Below, piece after piece: positions 1-9,238 of a stretch of DNA of 64,000 nt. How positions within the stretch are numbered: the first letter of the stretch is position 1; every line of letters begins with the position of its first letter. The stretch is from a virus. A model generated the notes under the pieces. The model was not told the origin of the DNA, made no database searches, and worked only from the letters and a program-made list of their open reading frames with translations. The stretch is from positions 32,001 to 96,000 of the IMG/VR virus record IMGVR_UViG_3300042940_001100. One strand, given 5' to 3'. The position numbers and the translations under genes were made by a program.

Positions 1-2
1 CA

Positions 3-3000
3 AGTCCTACAGCAAACGGAGTTGACTTAAGCTTACTTGTTGGTCAAAGTATTGGCAAAGTATGTCTTAGTCCAGAACCTGTAGAATGTACTACTGGTTG
101 TTGGGAAGTACAAATTTCAAATACTTGTGGAGGTGCTATATCAGCTTATGTATATAATATTTATGATGATTGCAATGCTTGTACAAATAGTTGTTATGTT
201 TTTCAAAATTGTCAGACGGGTGCGCTAGGTCCTATAATTAAGTATACAGTTCCTAATCCTAATGGTTTACCTAATCCTAGTACTTTAACAGGAGCAGTAG
301 GTTCTTTATGTTTTACGGCTCCTACTGGATGTCTTACAGGTTGTTATCAATTATTACCACAACCAGGTGCTTCTTGTGTAGGTAGTATTGATTGGTCAAC
401 GGCTGTAAGTTATACACCATATAATGATTGCTTTAGCTGTTTACCAAAGTGTTATCTACTTACAGAATGTGCTCCCGCAATTTCAGTACCTATAGTAGTA
501 AATAATGATCTTAGTCTGTATGTAGGACAAGTAGCTAAAATATGTGATTCATTAGGAGAATGTCATTGTTATAATGTAGAAATTTCACAGAGTTGTAATG
601 GAGCTATCACTATTGATAATGCTAGTGCTAGTTTTACAACTTGTGAAGAATGTAATTCATGCGAGTGTCCTCCAGGCTATACTAAAGTAGGAGAGTTTTG
701 TCAGAAGATAACAAGTATTCCAGCTGTAGCAAATCCTGTAATATATTCAACAGGTCCTGGTAGTTTAAATACTGCCTTCTATGGAATACTAGGAACAAAC
801 TTTTATGGTAATATTTCAGCTTTACCTTTTCCATTAACTGCAGTTACCGGCCCAGATCGTTTTCAAGATGCTTCTGCTACAAATGTAGTAGCTGTAAATA
901 ATATTATTGGTGTATGGGGTCCTGGTGCAGCATCAAGATTAAACTCTGTTGGTGTATGGACTACAGTTAATCCTAATCCTTTATCACAATGGATTGGTTT
1001 TACAGAATGCATTACTATCCCAACTACTGGTATTTATTGTATAGGTATTGGTGGCGATGATGCTGTAAGAATAAAAATTGATGGTGTATTGGTTGCTATA
1101 GCTAACATAGGCTTATTTGATTTTCGATACTGGCATGTATTTGAAATCAGTCTTACTGCAGGAACTCACATAATCACCTTAGAAGGTTATAATACCGCAG
1201 GTAATACAGCTTTTGCTGCAGAAATATATAATGTAACTTCAGCAACTCTTCAAACTTATACTACATCTGTTCAGGTACAGTTAGCTACAATATTTAGTAC
1301 TTTTCCTAAAAGAATAAGTGGTACTTTTCAAACAGGTGAAACCTCTGGTTATTCATGTCCTCCCGGTTATGCTCTTAATTCATGCGGTGATAAACTTGTT
1401 TGTAGTTTAATTGAAACCATTCCTTATGTAGAATGCGCGGCTACTTATTTAGTAACAAGTTGTGAACCAGGTGTAGAACCTTTTTTAACTAATACTGACT
1501 TATCCGCGTATATAGGATCAACCTATAAAGCTTGTATAACCAATCCTACATATTCTACAACTTGTTTTATTTTAAAAGATTGTAATAGATTAGTTTCTGA
1601 TATTGTTACTAATACTAATCTAACAAGCAGCTTATGGCAAATAATTAAGGTTGATGGTTATCCAGGATCTTGTTTTATTGTAACAGGTGTTCCTGTAGGA
1701 AATCCTTGCATTGCTCCTATCCCTGTAGTAGCTTCATCACCTGTTGAAGGTTCTTGTAATTGTCCAGGAGCTCAAGTTCCTTGGCCAAATGGTTGTTATT
1801 GTGTAACTGTAGAAGAAGTTGCTTCAGAAGTTGCTATAAATTTTTTAGGAGTTTTTACAACAGAATATGTAGCATGCGAAGATTGTTTACAAGTTTGTTA
1901 TGTTCTTACTGATTGTAATGATGCTTTAGATCCTGTTACTGTTTGTAATGATTTAGAAAATTATATAGGACAAGTTATTAAAATAGAAGGTTGTGGTGAT
2001 ATTTGCTGGCAAGTATCTCTTGCATTAAATTGTGATTCTAATTTAGCTATACCAGGCAAGATAACGCTTTATGAAGATTGTGAAGCTTGTCTTCCTCCTC
2101 TTCCGCCAGTTCCACCACCTTATGATTTACATTTAAGAAAAATTAAACCAGGTTGGAAGAGTCCTAATAGTTGTTATACTTTAGATTATATAGAAAGAAT
2201 TAACTGTACTTTTGGACAGCAAATTTATAATGAAATGCTTGTTGCAAGATATGGTATAACCGTATGTTGTGATGAGGATGTCAATAAGTGGGATATTAAG
2301 AAACAAATGTTAGATCTTGATATGCTTAAAGATCCTAATCTTTGTAAGTCAACTTTATGCTGTTGTCCTGCTCCTTGTTTTATAGAAGCTTTTGTAACAG
2401 TGCTTCCTTTCTGTGGAGTTCCTAATATAGTATCTGTAGTTTTTAATCTACCTTGTCCTGCGCCTGTATTAATTGATGTGGAAATTGAGGTACTTAGTGA
2501 ACCTGCTGCATGTCGTTGCTTTTCTGTAGAAGTATTAGATGAACCGGTTAGTATTAGTTATATTGATTGTTGCTGTGTAGTTCAAACACAAGTAATAGAT
2601 GCAGTAGGTATTTATCCTATATGTTCTTCTACAGCGCCTGTATCAATAAATAATCCATCAAGTATTGTTGTTACTGACAGTGGTTTATGCGGTGTATCTC
2701 CTTTATGTACACCTCCACCTTTTCAAGTATGTTCATGTTGGTCAATCTATAATCCAACAGTTGCAACTTTAGGATTTAGTATTGCTGCTATTTGCCCAGC
2801 TGGTCCAGATCCTGTAGAACAAGCAGGAACAATTGCTCCTCTAGTAACTATATATAATTGTTCTGTTGCACCTCCTGTAGTTGCTAATGGTTTAATAGTT
2901 ACAAATACAGGACCTTGTAGTGATTACTGTGGTCCTATTCCTGCTGTATGTGTATGTTATTTACTACATGCTACTGAATCTTGTGCTTATACTTATCCTG

Positions 3001-3359
3001 ATTGTAATGGTCGGCCAGCAAGTGGAACTTTAGTAATTGGTGATAATTATATATGTGCTTATAGTATGCCTCTATTAGATCCAGCTTGTGCAGATTTTGT
3101 TACAATAGCTGCTACAGCAAATGTTTGTGTTGATGGTCAATGTGGACCACCTTGTATATGTTATGTAGTAACAGTACCGTCTGATGGTAATCAGCATTTT
3201 ATTACCATAACAGATTGTTTAGGTAATCTTATTATTAATACACCATATTTTGGAGGTACATATTATATTTGTTCTCAAAATAGTATTTTAAGTGATCCAA
3301 ACGTGTCTTATTCACCTACATCATTTGGATGTGGGCCAGGTCAATGTGTAGAACCATAG
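3..3359 (+). CDS. Large Cys-rich repeat virion surface/fibre protein with PA14-like domain (5' partial; starts upstream of window)
   Basis: Manual translation shows frame +3 open from base 3 with no stop up to the track ORF at 1089. Repeats of CY.LT.C...N.DL..Y.GQ..K...C..V...C...Y..C..C. PA14-like segment WIGF...TTGIYCIGIGGDDAVRIKIDG...LTAGTHIITLEGYN at ~990-1195, flanked on both sides by CPPGY. Confidence 0.8.
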   Translation, partial: SPTANGVDLSLLVGQSIGKVCLSPEPVECTTGCWEVQISNTCGGAISAYVYNIYDDCNACTNSCYVFQNCQTGALGPIIKYTVPNPNGLPNPSTLTGAVGSLCFTAPTGCLTGCYQLLPQPGASCVGSIDWSTAVSYTPYNDCFSCLPKCYLLTECAPAISVPIVVNNDLSLYVGQVAKICDSLGECHCYNVEISQSCNGAITIDNASASFTTCEECNSCECPPGYTKVGEFCQKITSIPAVANPVIYSTGPGSLNTAFYGILGTNFYGNISALPFPLTAVTGPDRFQDASATNVVAVNNIIGVWGPGAASRLNSVGVWTTVNPNPLSQWIGFTECITIPTTGIYCIGIGGDDAVRIKIDGVLVAIANIGLFDFRYWHVFEISLTAGTHIITLEGYNTAGNTAFAAEIYNVTSATLQTYTTSVQVQLATIFSTFPKRISGTFQTGETSGYSCPPGYALNSCGDKLVCSLIETIPYVECAATYLVTSCEPGVEPFLTNTDLSAYIGSTYKACITNPTYSTTCFILKDCNRLVSDIVTNTNLTSSLWQIIKVDGYPGSCFIVTGVPVGNPCIAPIPVVASSPVEGSCNCPGAQVPWPNGCYCVTVEEVASEVAINFLGVFTTEYVACEDCLQVCYVLTDCNDALDPVTVCNDLENYIGQVIKIEGCGDICWQVSLALNCDSNLAIPGKITLYEDCEACLPPLPPVPPPYDLHLRKIKPGWKSPNSCYTLDYIERINCTFGQQIYNEMLVARYGITVCCDEDVNKWDIKKQMLDLDMLKDPNLCKSTLCCCPAPCFIEAFVTVLPFCGVPNIVSVVFNLPCPAPVLIDVEIEVLSEPAACRCFSVEVLDEPVSISYIDCCCVVQTQVIDAVGIYPICSSTAPVSINNPSSIVVTDSGLCGVSPLCTPPPFQVCSCWSIYNPTVATLGFSIAAICPAGPDPVEQAGTIAPLVTIYNCSVAPPVVANGLIVTNTGPCSDYCGPIPAVCVCYLLHATESCAYTYPDCNGRPASGTLVIGDNYICAYSMPLLDPACADFVTIAATANVCVDGQCGPPCICYVVTVPSDGNQHFITITDCLGNLIINTPYFGGTYYICSQNSILSDPNVSYSPTSFGCGPGQCVEP

Positions 3360-3410
3360 ATGATTAATTAAAATAATAAAATAATAAGTATATTTAACAA
3401 TAAATAAAAT

Positions 3411-4877
3411 ATGAAACCTTTAAACATAGATAAGACCGGATGTAGTAATATATCATCTAACTGCGTAACATGGCAGGGGCCAGATATTGAATGTATAAAT
3501 TTATGTAAGGGAGATTCCGTTACAGAAGTTGTATACAAAATGGCTTTAGAGCTGTGTAAATTGATGGATACCTTTGATTTAACAAATTATGATTTAAAAT
3601 GCTTTTCAAGTGGAGTATGTCAACCACAAGATTTTAAAGATTTTATCAACATACTTATTAACAAAGTATGTCTTATACAAACCTGTTCTGGTTGTGCAGA
3701 TCCTTGTTCACCAACACCTGTAGTAGTTACTGCTCAGTCTGTTCTTGGAAGTTCTGATTCTCAGTATGTGCCTATTGCTAAAGAGTTTCAGTATACTAAT
3801 AGTTTAGGTGATCTAGTTACTACTATGTTAGTTAGTGATTATGTTCAAGCTATTGGAAATAAAGTATCTATTTTAGTTAATTCTACAACTGCAATACAAG
3901 AACAGTTGTTAGATCATACTTTAAGAATACAAGCTTTGGAAGATGCGCCAGCTCCAGTATTTACATTACCTCTTATTACAAATAGTGATGGAGATCAAAT
4001 GTCTTTATCAGAAGCTACTCAAAATCTTCAAACTGCTTTTTATCAGTTAGAAACTGCTACAGGAACACCAAATGAAATTTATACTAACATTGCTAAGCAA
4101 TCAGGCAGTCTTAATACAGCTGCTAGTTTATCTGTACCAAATGCTACTATGGCATCTTTACCAGGATGGAATACTACTGTTGTAAATCAAGCTGATAGTG
4201 TTGGTAATATTTGGCAAACTGTTCTTGATATGCGTCTTGCTTTACAGAACTTAATAACTAATTATATTCCTAGCGAGTGTAGATCAATTTCTATAAGTCT
4301 TATTGCAACATATGCTACTGATACAATAACTTTGTTTATGACAGGAGTTATTCCTTCAAGCTTTACAAATACTATACCTGGCGGTACACCTTTTACAATA
4401 ACTGATATGTACGGTAATGTATTAGTTGTTAATATTAATATACCTACTGTTATAAATAATCCAGAAGGTTTTGCTATTTCTATTACAGGAACAAGAATTA
4501 ATCCAGCAGGTAATTTAGCTATTACAGCTGAACCTAGTTTTACAAATAATACATCAGGATCTGAATGCAAATCAATTCTTCAATATCTTATAAGTAATCA
4601 AGCATCTTGTCCTGCAGTTACCTATGTACCTACAAGCACAAGTATTGAGTTTTCATTTCTTACAGATACCGGTAACAAGATTTACACTGCTGAATTATGG
4701 GCTCCAGGAGCTGTAGCACCTACTAGTAGTCAATCATTTACTTCGACAGCTGTTGGTACAATAACTAGTGTATTTGCAACATTAACTGCAAATACAGCTT
4801 ACAGACTTAGAATATTAATAAATATAAATGGTATAATCACAACTTGTCCATTTACTGCAGTAAATACATTAATTTAA
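3411..4877 (+). CDS. Virion fibre/decoration protein: Cys-rich N-terminus, coiled coil, C-terminal Ig/Fn3-like domains
   Basis: 488 aa. N-terminal SSNCVTWQGPDIECINLCKGDSVTEVV, heptad segment IQEQLLDHTLRIQALE, C-terminal beta-rich LTANTAYRLRI (Fn3-type). Confidence 0.65.
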   Translation: MKPLNIDKTGCSNISSNCVTWQGPDIECINLCKGDSVTEVVYKMALELCKLMDTFDLTNYDLKCFSSGVCQPQDFKDFINILINKVCLIQTCSGCADPCSPTPVVVTAQSVLGSSDSQYVPIAKEFQYTNSLGDLVTTMLVSDYVQAIGNKVSILVNSTTAIQEQLLDHTLRIQALEDAPAPVFTLPLITNSDGDQMSLSEATQNLQTAFYQLETATGTPNEIYTNIAKQSGSLNTAASLSVPNATMASLPGWNTTVVNQADSVGNIWQTVLDMRLALQNLITNYIPSECRSISISLIATYATDTITLFMTGVIPSSFTNTIPGGTPFTITDMYGNVLVVNINIPTVINNPEGFAISITGTRINPAGNLAITAEPSFTNNTSGSECKSILQYLISNQASCPAVTYVPTSTSIEFSFLTDTGNKIYTAELWAPGAVAPTSSQSFTSTAVGTITSVFATLTANTAYRLRILININGIITTCPFTAVNTLI

Positions 4878-4888
4878 AATAAAAAGAA

Positions 4889-6100
4889 ATGACTACTAAT
4901 TGTTCAAAATGTGGAACTTGTGATTGTGATTGTATACCTCAGGGTCTTACAACACCTAACTATTGTCCATCAGATCTACCACCTTGCCCAGATCCTAGTC
5001 CATGTAATGAGACTTTTGATAGCAAGTGTGTTATATATACAGGAGAAGATATTCCTTGTTTTAGTATTGAAACAGGAAATACTGTAGAAGAGGTTATAAC
5101 AAATATGACTTCTCTATTACAACCTTTATTGTGTTTAAATTGTACTATAATAAATATCCCGGCTAATGATGCTTTACAAGTACCGGTCAATCAAATCATG
5201 AGTTGGAATATTGTTCCTGGTGCTACATATTATGATGTGTATTTTGGAACAAATCCTACTACTCCTCCTTTGGTGGCTGCCGGCCAAATTAGCACTGCCT
5301 ATACACATCCTTATCCTTTAGTTCCCAATACAGATTATTATTGGAAAGTGATACCAGGAAATAATGCAGGCAGTGTAAATGCTTGCCCTATTTACCATTT
5401 TAAGACTAAGGAATTACTTTGTGTAAATCCTTTATCTTATATGCTTGATTATGTTATGAGTGAACAACCATCAGGTAATGTACTAAATGTAGAAACTCTT
5501 GTTGAATCAATAAATGAGTTTCTTGACAATGGTGAGTTAATAACTAATTGTAATTTCTGTTGCCCTGATTGTACAGATACTCATAGATATGTATTAGCAT
5601 CTGCTCCGGTATTTGCTACATATTATAATGATTTTTATGATATTAATACTTGTCCTCCTGTATGTTGTATTGAAGTAGATGCATCATTAACAGCTCTTAC
5701 TACTGTACTTGCTCCAGGATCACCTACATTAGCTGCTGCTTTTAAAGCTGTACCTCCTCCAACTAATTGTTGTGGAACTAATTTTAGTGAATGTAGTGAA
5801 AGCTTAAAAATAGCATTAGGCACATCACGCGATGCAATCTTTAAAATACTAGGTGTAGTAGAAGAATCTACAATCAACCTTAGTACAGAACTTTGTATTC
5901 TTGCAACTTTCTTAAATGGATTACCTACAGCTGTTACACCTTTACAAAAAGCATTAATCATTGCTGCAATTCTTAATAAAGGTTTTGTTGTAGATTGCCG
6001 TCCAGAAGGTACAATCATATCAGGATTATTAAAATATAAAGAATATGTAGTTGCCGCAGAAGATGGCTGTCTATGTTATATACCATGTGTAATATCTTAA
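4889..6100 (+). CDS. Cys-rich virion protein with Fn3 domain
   Basis: 403 aa. Shares an N-terminal domain (DSKCVIYTGEDIPCFSIETGNTVEEVI) with the upstream gene. Fn3 signature SWNIVPGATYYDVYFGT...LVPNTDYYWKV. Confidence 0.65.
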   Translation: MTTNCSKCGTCDCDCIPQGLTTPNYCPSDLPPCPDPSPCNETFDSKCVIYTGEDIPCFSIETGNTVEEVITNMTSLLQPLLCLNCTIINIPANDALQVPVNQIMSWNIVPGATYYDVYFGTNPTTPPLVAAGQISTAYTHPYPLVPNTDYYWKVIPGNNAGSVNACPIYHFKTKELLCVNPLSYMLDYVMSEQPSGNVLNVETLVESINEFLDNGELITNCNFCCPDCTDTHRYVLASAPVFATYYNDFYDINTCPPVCCIEVDASLTALTTVLAPGSPTLAAAFKAVPPPTNCCGTNFSECSESLKIALGTSRDAIFKILGVVEESTINLSTELCILATFLNGLPTAVTPLQKALIIAAILNKGFVVDCRPEGTIISGLLKYKEYVVAAEDGCLCYIPCVIS

Positions 6101-6110
6101 ACTAATAAAT

Positions 6111-6827
6111 ATGTTAACACCAGCAACAATAACAGTAAATTTCACAGCCAATTATGCAGGCGCGCATAGAATATGTTGGAGACAATGTAATGTAGGTTCT
6201 TATGTATGTACTAATGTAGTATCATGTGTAGGAGGCGGCAATGTGTGTAGTGCTACTATTTCTATAATGGTAGATCCAGAAAGTTGTACACCAATATGCT
6301 TTGAGGGATATATTCAAGCAACTTGTAATCCTGAGAATTCTTCTGTAGGCCAAGTACCTTGGTCAACTACTTTTACACCAACTCCAACTTGTAGTATGTA
6401 TTCTATTACTTGTACAAGTCCTCCACTTAATCAACCTTGTGGAGTAATTCCTGCAGCTACAATGGGTTTAGATTGTAATGGTACACCAAGACCAGAGGTA
6501 GGACCTATTACTGCTGCTACTTCTGTATATGTATGTGCTACTGGATTAATTCCAAATCTTCCTTTAGGTTATGAGATGACACTTTTTGATGGATGTTGTA
6601 CTGATTGTGAACAATACACTATTACAATTATGCCTGGTATTATGCCTAGTGAATTAGATGGATCTTCTATTTATTACATAGATTGTGCAACAAAAGAACT
6701 TATCAGAATAGACTTAACAGGTAGTGTGTCTTATACTTTAACAGCTTGTATGGTTACCGGATCTATTAATCTGTATTTAACTCCGACTGTTAGTGGTATA
6801 ATTACACAAGGTATACCTTGTCCATAA
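6111..6827 (+). CDS. Cys-rich hypothetical virion protein
   Basis: 238-aa ORF co-oriented in the structural cluster, with many Cys and a beta-rich composition. Confidence 0.6.
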   Translation: MLTPATITVNFTANYAGAHRICWRQCNVGSYVCTNVVSCVGGGNVCSATISIMVDPESCTPICFEGYIQATCNPENSSVGQVPWSTTFTPTPTCSMYSITCTSPPLNQPCGVIPAATMGLDCNGTPRPEVGPITAATSVYVCATGLIPNLPLGYEMTLFDGCCTDCEQYTITIMPGIMPSELDGSSIYYIDCATKELIRIDLTGSVSYTLTACMVTGSINLYLTPTVSGIITQGIPCP

Positions 6828-6873
6828 TATTAAAATGTCATGATTTGTTGGTTCAACATGACTAATAGGTGAG

Positions 6874-6903
6874 AACCCCGGTTAAATTATACTGGGGTTT
6901 TTG
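6874..6903 (+). terminator. Rho-independent terminator
   Basis: Stem AACCCCGGT (6874-6882), loop TAAATTAT, stem ACTGGGGTT (6891-6899), followed by T residues, directly after the Cys-rich gene cluster. Confidence 0.7.
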
Positions 6904-6930
6904 CTACTTGAAAAAAAAGATGTAAATTTA
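6900..6930 (+). promoter_or_regulatory. Possible Bacteroidota-type promoter (variant -7 box)
   Basis: TTTG(6900-6903)-N19-TAAATTTA(6923-6930), 3 nt before ATG 6934. One mismatch to the TAnnTTTG consensus. Confidence 0.35.
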
Positions 6931-6933
6931 GCT

Positions 6934-7527
6934 ATGATAAAAGAGTTTAAAAAGCCAGACTTAACCGCTCCAAGATGTAGACCCGGAGCACATAAAATAG
7001 TGAATGCTAGCTTTTTAAAAGAGTTTAAAGAAAAGCATCCTCAATATAAAGACTTAACTAATCATGAGATTAATCTTATTCTATCTACTTTTCATGGAAA
7101 GTTGTGGGATCATACTCTTCTTAATAGAGATGGTATAGAGCTATTAGAAGGATTGGGTTATATATTTATTGGAACTTGTTTTTCAGCTAAAAAATTTAAT
7201 ATTGATGTAGCTAATTCTATAAAGAATAAGTTTAAAACTAGACATAACAATTTTGAATCTGATAATTATTTAGCAAAAATATTTTATACAAATTTTTCTA
7301 CTAAGTATAGATTTAAAAATAGAGAGATGTGGACTTTTAAAGCAACAAGAGATTTTAAAAGAAGTGTAGCTAAAGTATATCCTGTAAACTGGAAACTTTA
7401 TGTACAAGTTGAGAGCGGAAAAAATATTGCTAACTACATGAAAAGAGCTAGAAAGAATGATTACTTTAGAAAGATTGGAGAAACTTTTATAGCTGATTCT
7501 TCATATAATGAATTTGATTTAAACTAG
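6934..7527 (+). CDS. IHF/HU-like DNA-binding protein (crAss-like type)
   Basis: Basic protein with an HU-like strand pattern (GIELLEGLGYIFIG...WTFKATRDFKR), positioned just before the tail genes as in crAss-like phages. ATG 6934 preferred over the track TTG at 6901, which overlaps the terminator tail. Confidence 0.55.
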   Translation: MIKEFKKPDLTAPRCRPGAHKIVNASFLKEFKEKHPQYKDLTNHEINLILSTFHGKLWDHTLLNRDGIELLEGLGYIFIGTCFSAKKFNIDVANSIKNKFKTRHNNFESDNYLAKIFYTNFSTKYRFKNREMWTFKATRDFKRSVAKVYPVNWKLYVQVESGKNIANYMKRARKNDYFRKIGETFIADSSYNEFDLN

Positions 7528-7533
7528 TATACA

Positions 7534-8205
7534 ATGACAACAATAGGTGAAGCTATCTCAAGAGTTCGTAATACAATCAAAGGTGTAAAAGAAGATGCCT
7601 TTCTTACAGATAGATTTATATACAGTCTTCTTATTAAACATGCTAATTATATTGTCCGCAAGTTGGACAATGAGAATAAGATCATGCGTATCCAAAGCTT
7701 ATTTGAGAAAATACCTTGTGTAGATCTTATTGAAGTAAGTACTATTGACGCGTGTTGTGCAGGTGTGAAAACCAACTGTACTATAATGAGAACTAAAGAA
7801 CATATACCAGAACCTATGGAAGGATCTGAAGGACCATTAATTAGAACAGTTACTTCTTTAGATGGTTCTATTATCATGAATAATACAAATCCAAGTACTT
7901 ATGTATACATGACTGGCCAACCTACTTTCAAATATAATAAAACTAAGTACTACTGGTATCTAGAAGGACATTTATATTTTCCAAATATTGAGTGGGAAGG
8001 TGTAAGAGTAGATGGTATATTTACATCATCTACAAAGAAGTTTCACTGTGATCAAGATCCGTGTGCACCAAGACAGGATGATAGATTAGCAGTTCCAGAA
8101 TTTATATTTGCTGAAGTAGAACAATTAGTTTTGAAAGATCTTGCATTTATGTTGCAAACACCAACAGAGACACAAGACGATAAAATGAATCCTTTAAGAT
8201 CTTAA
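7534..8205 (+). CDS. Tail ring/tubular protein (crAss-like)
   Basis: 223 aa. DAFLTDRFIY, PCVDLIEVS..DACC, YYWYLEGHLYFPN and C-terminal D.K.N resemble crAss-like ring proteins; synteny with the tail stabilisation gene. Confidence 0.6.
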   Translation: MTTIGEAISRVRNTIKGVKEDAFLTDRFIYSLLIKHANYIVRKLDNENKIMRIQSLFEKIPCVDLIEVSTIDACCAGVKTNCTIMRTKEHIPEPMEGSEGPLIRTVTSLDGSIIMNNTNPSTYVYMTGQPTFKYNKTKYYWYLEGHLYFPNIEWEGVRVDGIFTSSTKKFHCDQDPCAPRQDDRLAVPEFIFAEVEQLVLKDLAFMLQTPTETQDDKMNPLRS

Positions 8206-8209
8206 ATCC

Positions 8210-9238
8210 ATGAGTTATAACTATACCCTTAGATACAGAACATTTGACCAGCTTCTTGATGCTGCCAGAATAGATCTTACTCAATATGATTTAACTAATT
8301 ATATTGAACCTCAGCAATTGATTAAAGTTGCTAAAAGAGTTAACTATGATCTTGGATTAAGAATCATGGGTACAAAAGAAACTTTATTAGAAGTAAAAAA
8401 AGGAAAAGTAAGATTACCCACAGACTTTTATGTATTGAATTATGCATTAGTTTGTGATAATGTAACTGTGCACGAGCCCGTAAGCCAAGGCACTTTTATA
8501 GAAGAGAGACCTGTAGGAATTCCTACTTATAAATCAATTGGTCCAGCTGTTATCAACTCTTGTACAGATGGTACTGTTAACTGTCAGACCTGTGGTATTC
8601 CTTGTAATACTTGTACTTGTCAACAACTTCCTGCAGCATGTCCTGCTTTACCGGATGATCAGAGTTATTGTAAAACTCCTAGACTTGAGTTAAACTGTAA
8701 AGGTGAGAGCTTTGAATTAGTGCAGATTGTTCATGGTACAACGCGTACTTATAGAAGGATGTGGCCATTAAGACTTATTACAAATAATGAAACTATTGCT
8801 TGTGATTGTCCTAATCTTTATGTAAAGTCTGCAGATCATGCTTGGATTCAAGGTGATTTCTTATTTACTAATTTAGAAACAGCTAATATTTATATTAGTT
8901 ACCAAGGTCAATTAGAAGATGATAATGGAAACTTATTAGTTCCGGATCATGATTTACTTAATGAGTATTATGAATATGCTATTAAGCAACGGATTCTAGA
9001 GAACTTAATTATGAATGATGAGCCTGTAGGTCAGAAGTTACAATTAGTTGAAGCAAGATTACGTGTAGCAAAAAGTGCAGCTAATGCTCTTGTGCACACT
9101 CCCAATTTTGCAGAGATGCGTGAGATGTGGTGGACTAACAGAAAAGCTCAGTATGGTAAATACTATGAGGCTTTTAAGTCTTATCCGTGGAACCAACAAA
9201 GTAATCCTAATGTTAATGGTCAAATGAATAGATTCTAA
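8210..9238 (+). CDS. Second tail ring/tubular protein with Cys-rich insertion
   Basis: 342 aa. LEVKKGKVRLPTDFY and YISYQGQLEDDNGNLLVPDH...YYEYAIK are typical of P22 gp4-like/crAss tubular proteins. Confidence 0.6.
   Translation: MSYNYTLRYRTFDQLLDAARIDLTQYDLTNYIEPQQLIKVAKRVNYDLGLRIMGTKETLLEVKKGKVRLPTDFYVLNYALVCDNVTVHEPVSQGTFIEERPVGIPTYKSIGPAVINSCTDGTVNCQTCGIPCNTCTCQQLPAACPALPDDQSYCKTPRLELNCKGESFELVQIVHGTTRTYRRMWPLRLITNNETIACDCPNLYVKSADHAWIQGDFLFTNLETANIYISYQGQLEDDNGNLLVPDHDLLNEYYEYAIKQRILENLIMNDEPVGQKLQLVEARLRVAKSAANALVHTPNFAEMREMWWTNRKAQYGKYYEAFKSYPWNQQSNPNVNGQMNRF

Noticed and set aside
1089-1091. ORF-track start of the first gene
   Set aside because: The frame is open from base 3 with the same repeats, so the true start lies upstream of the window.
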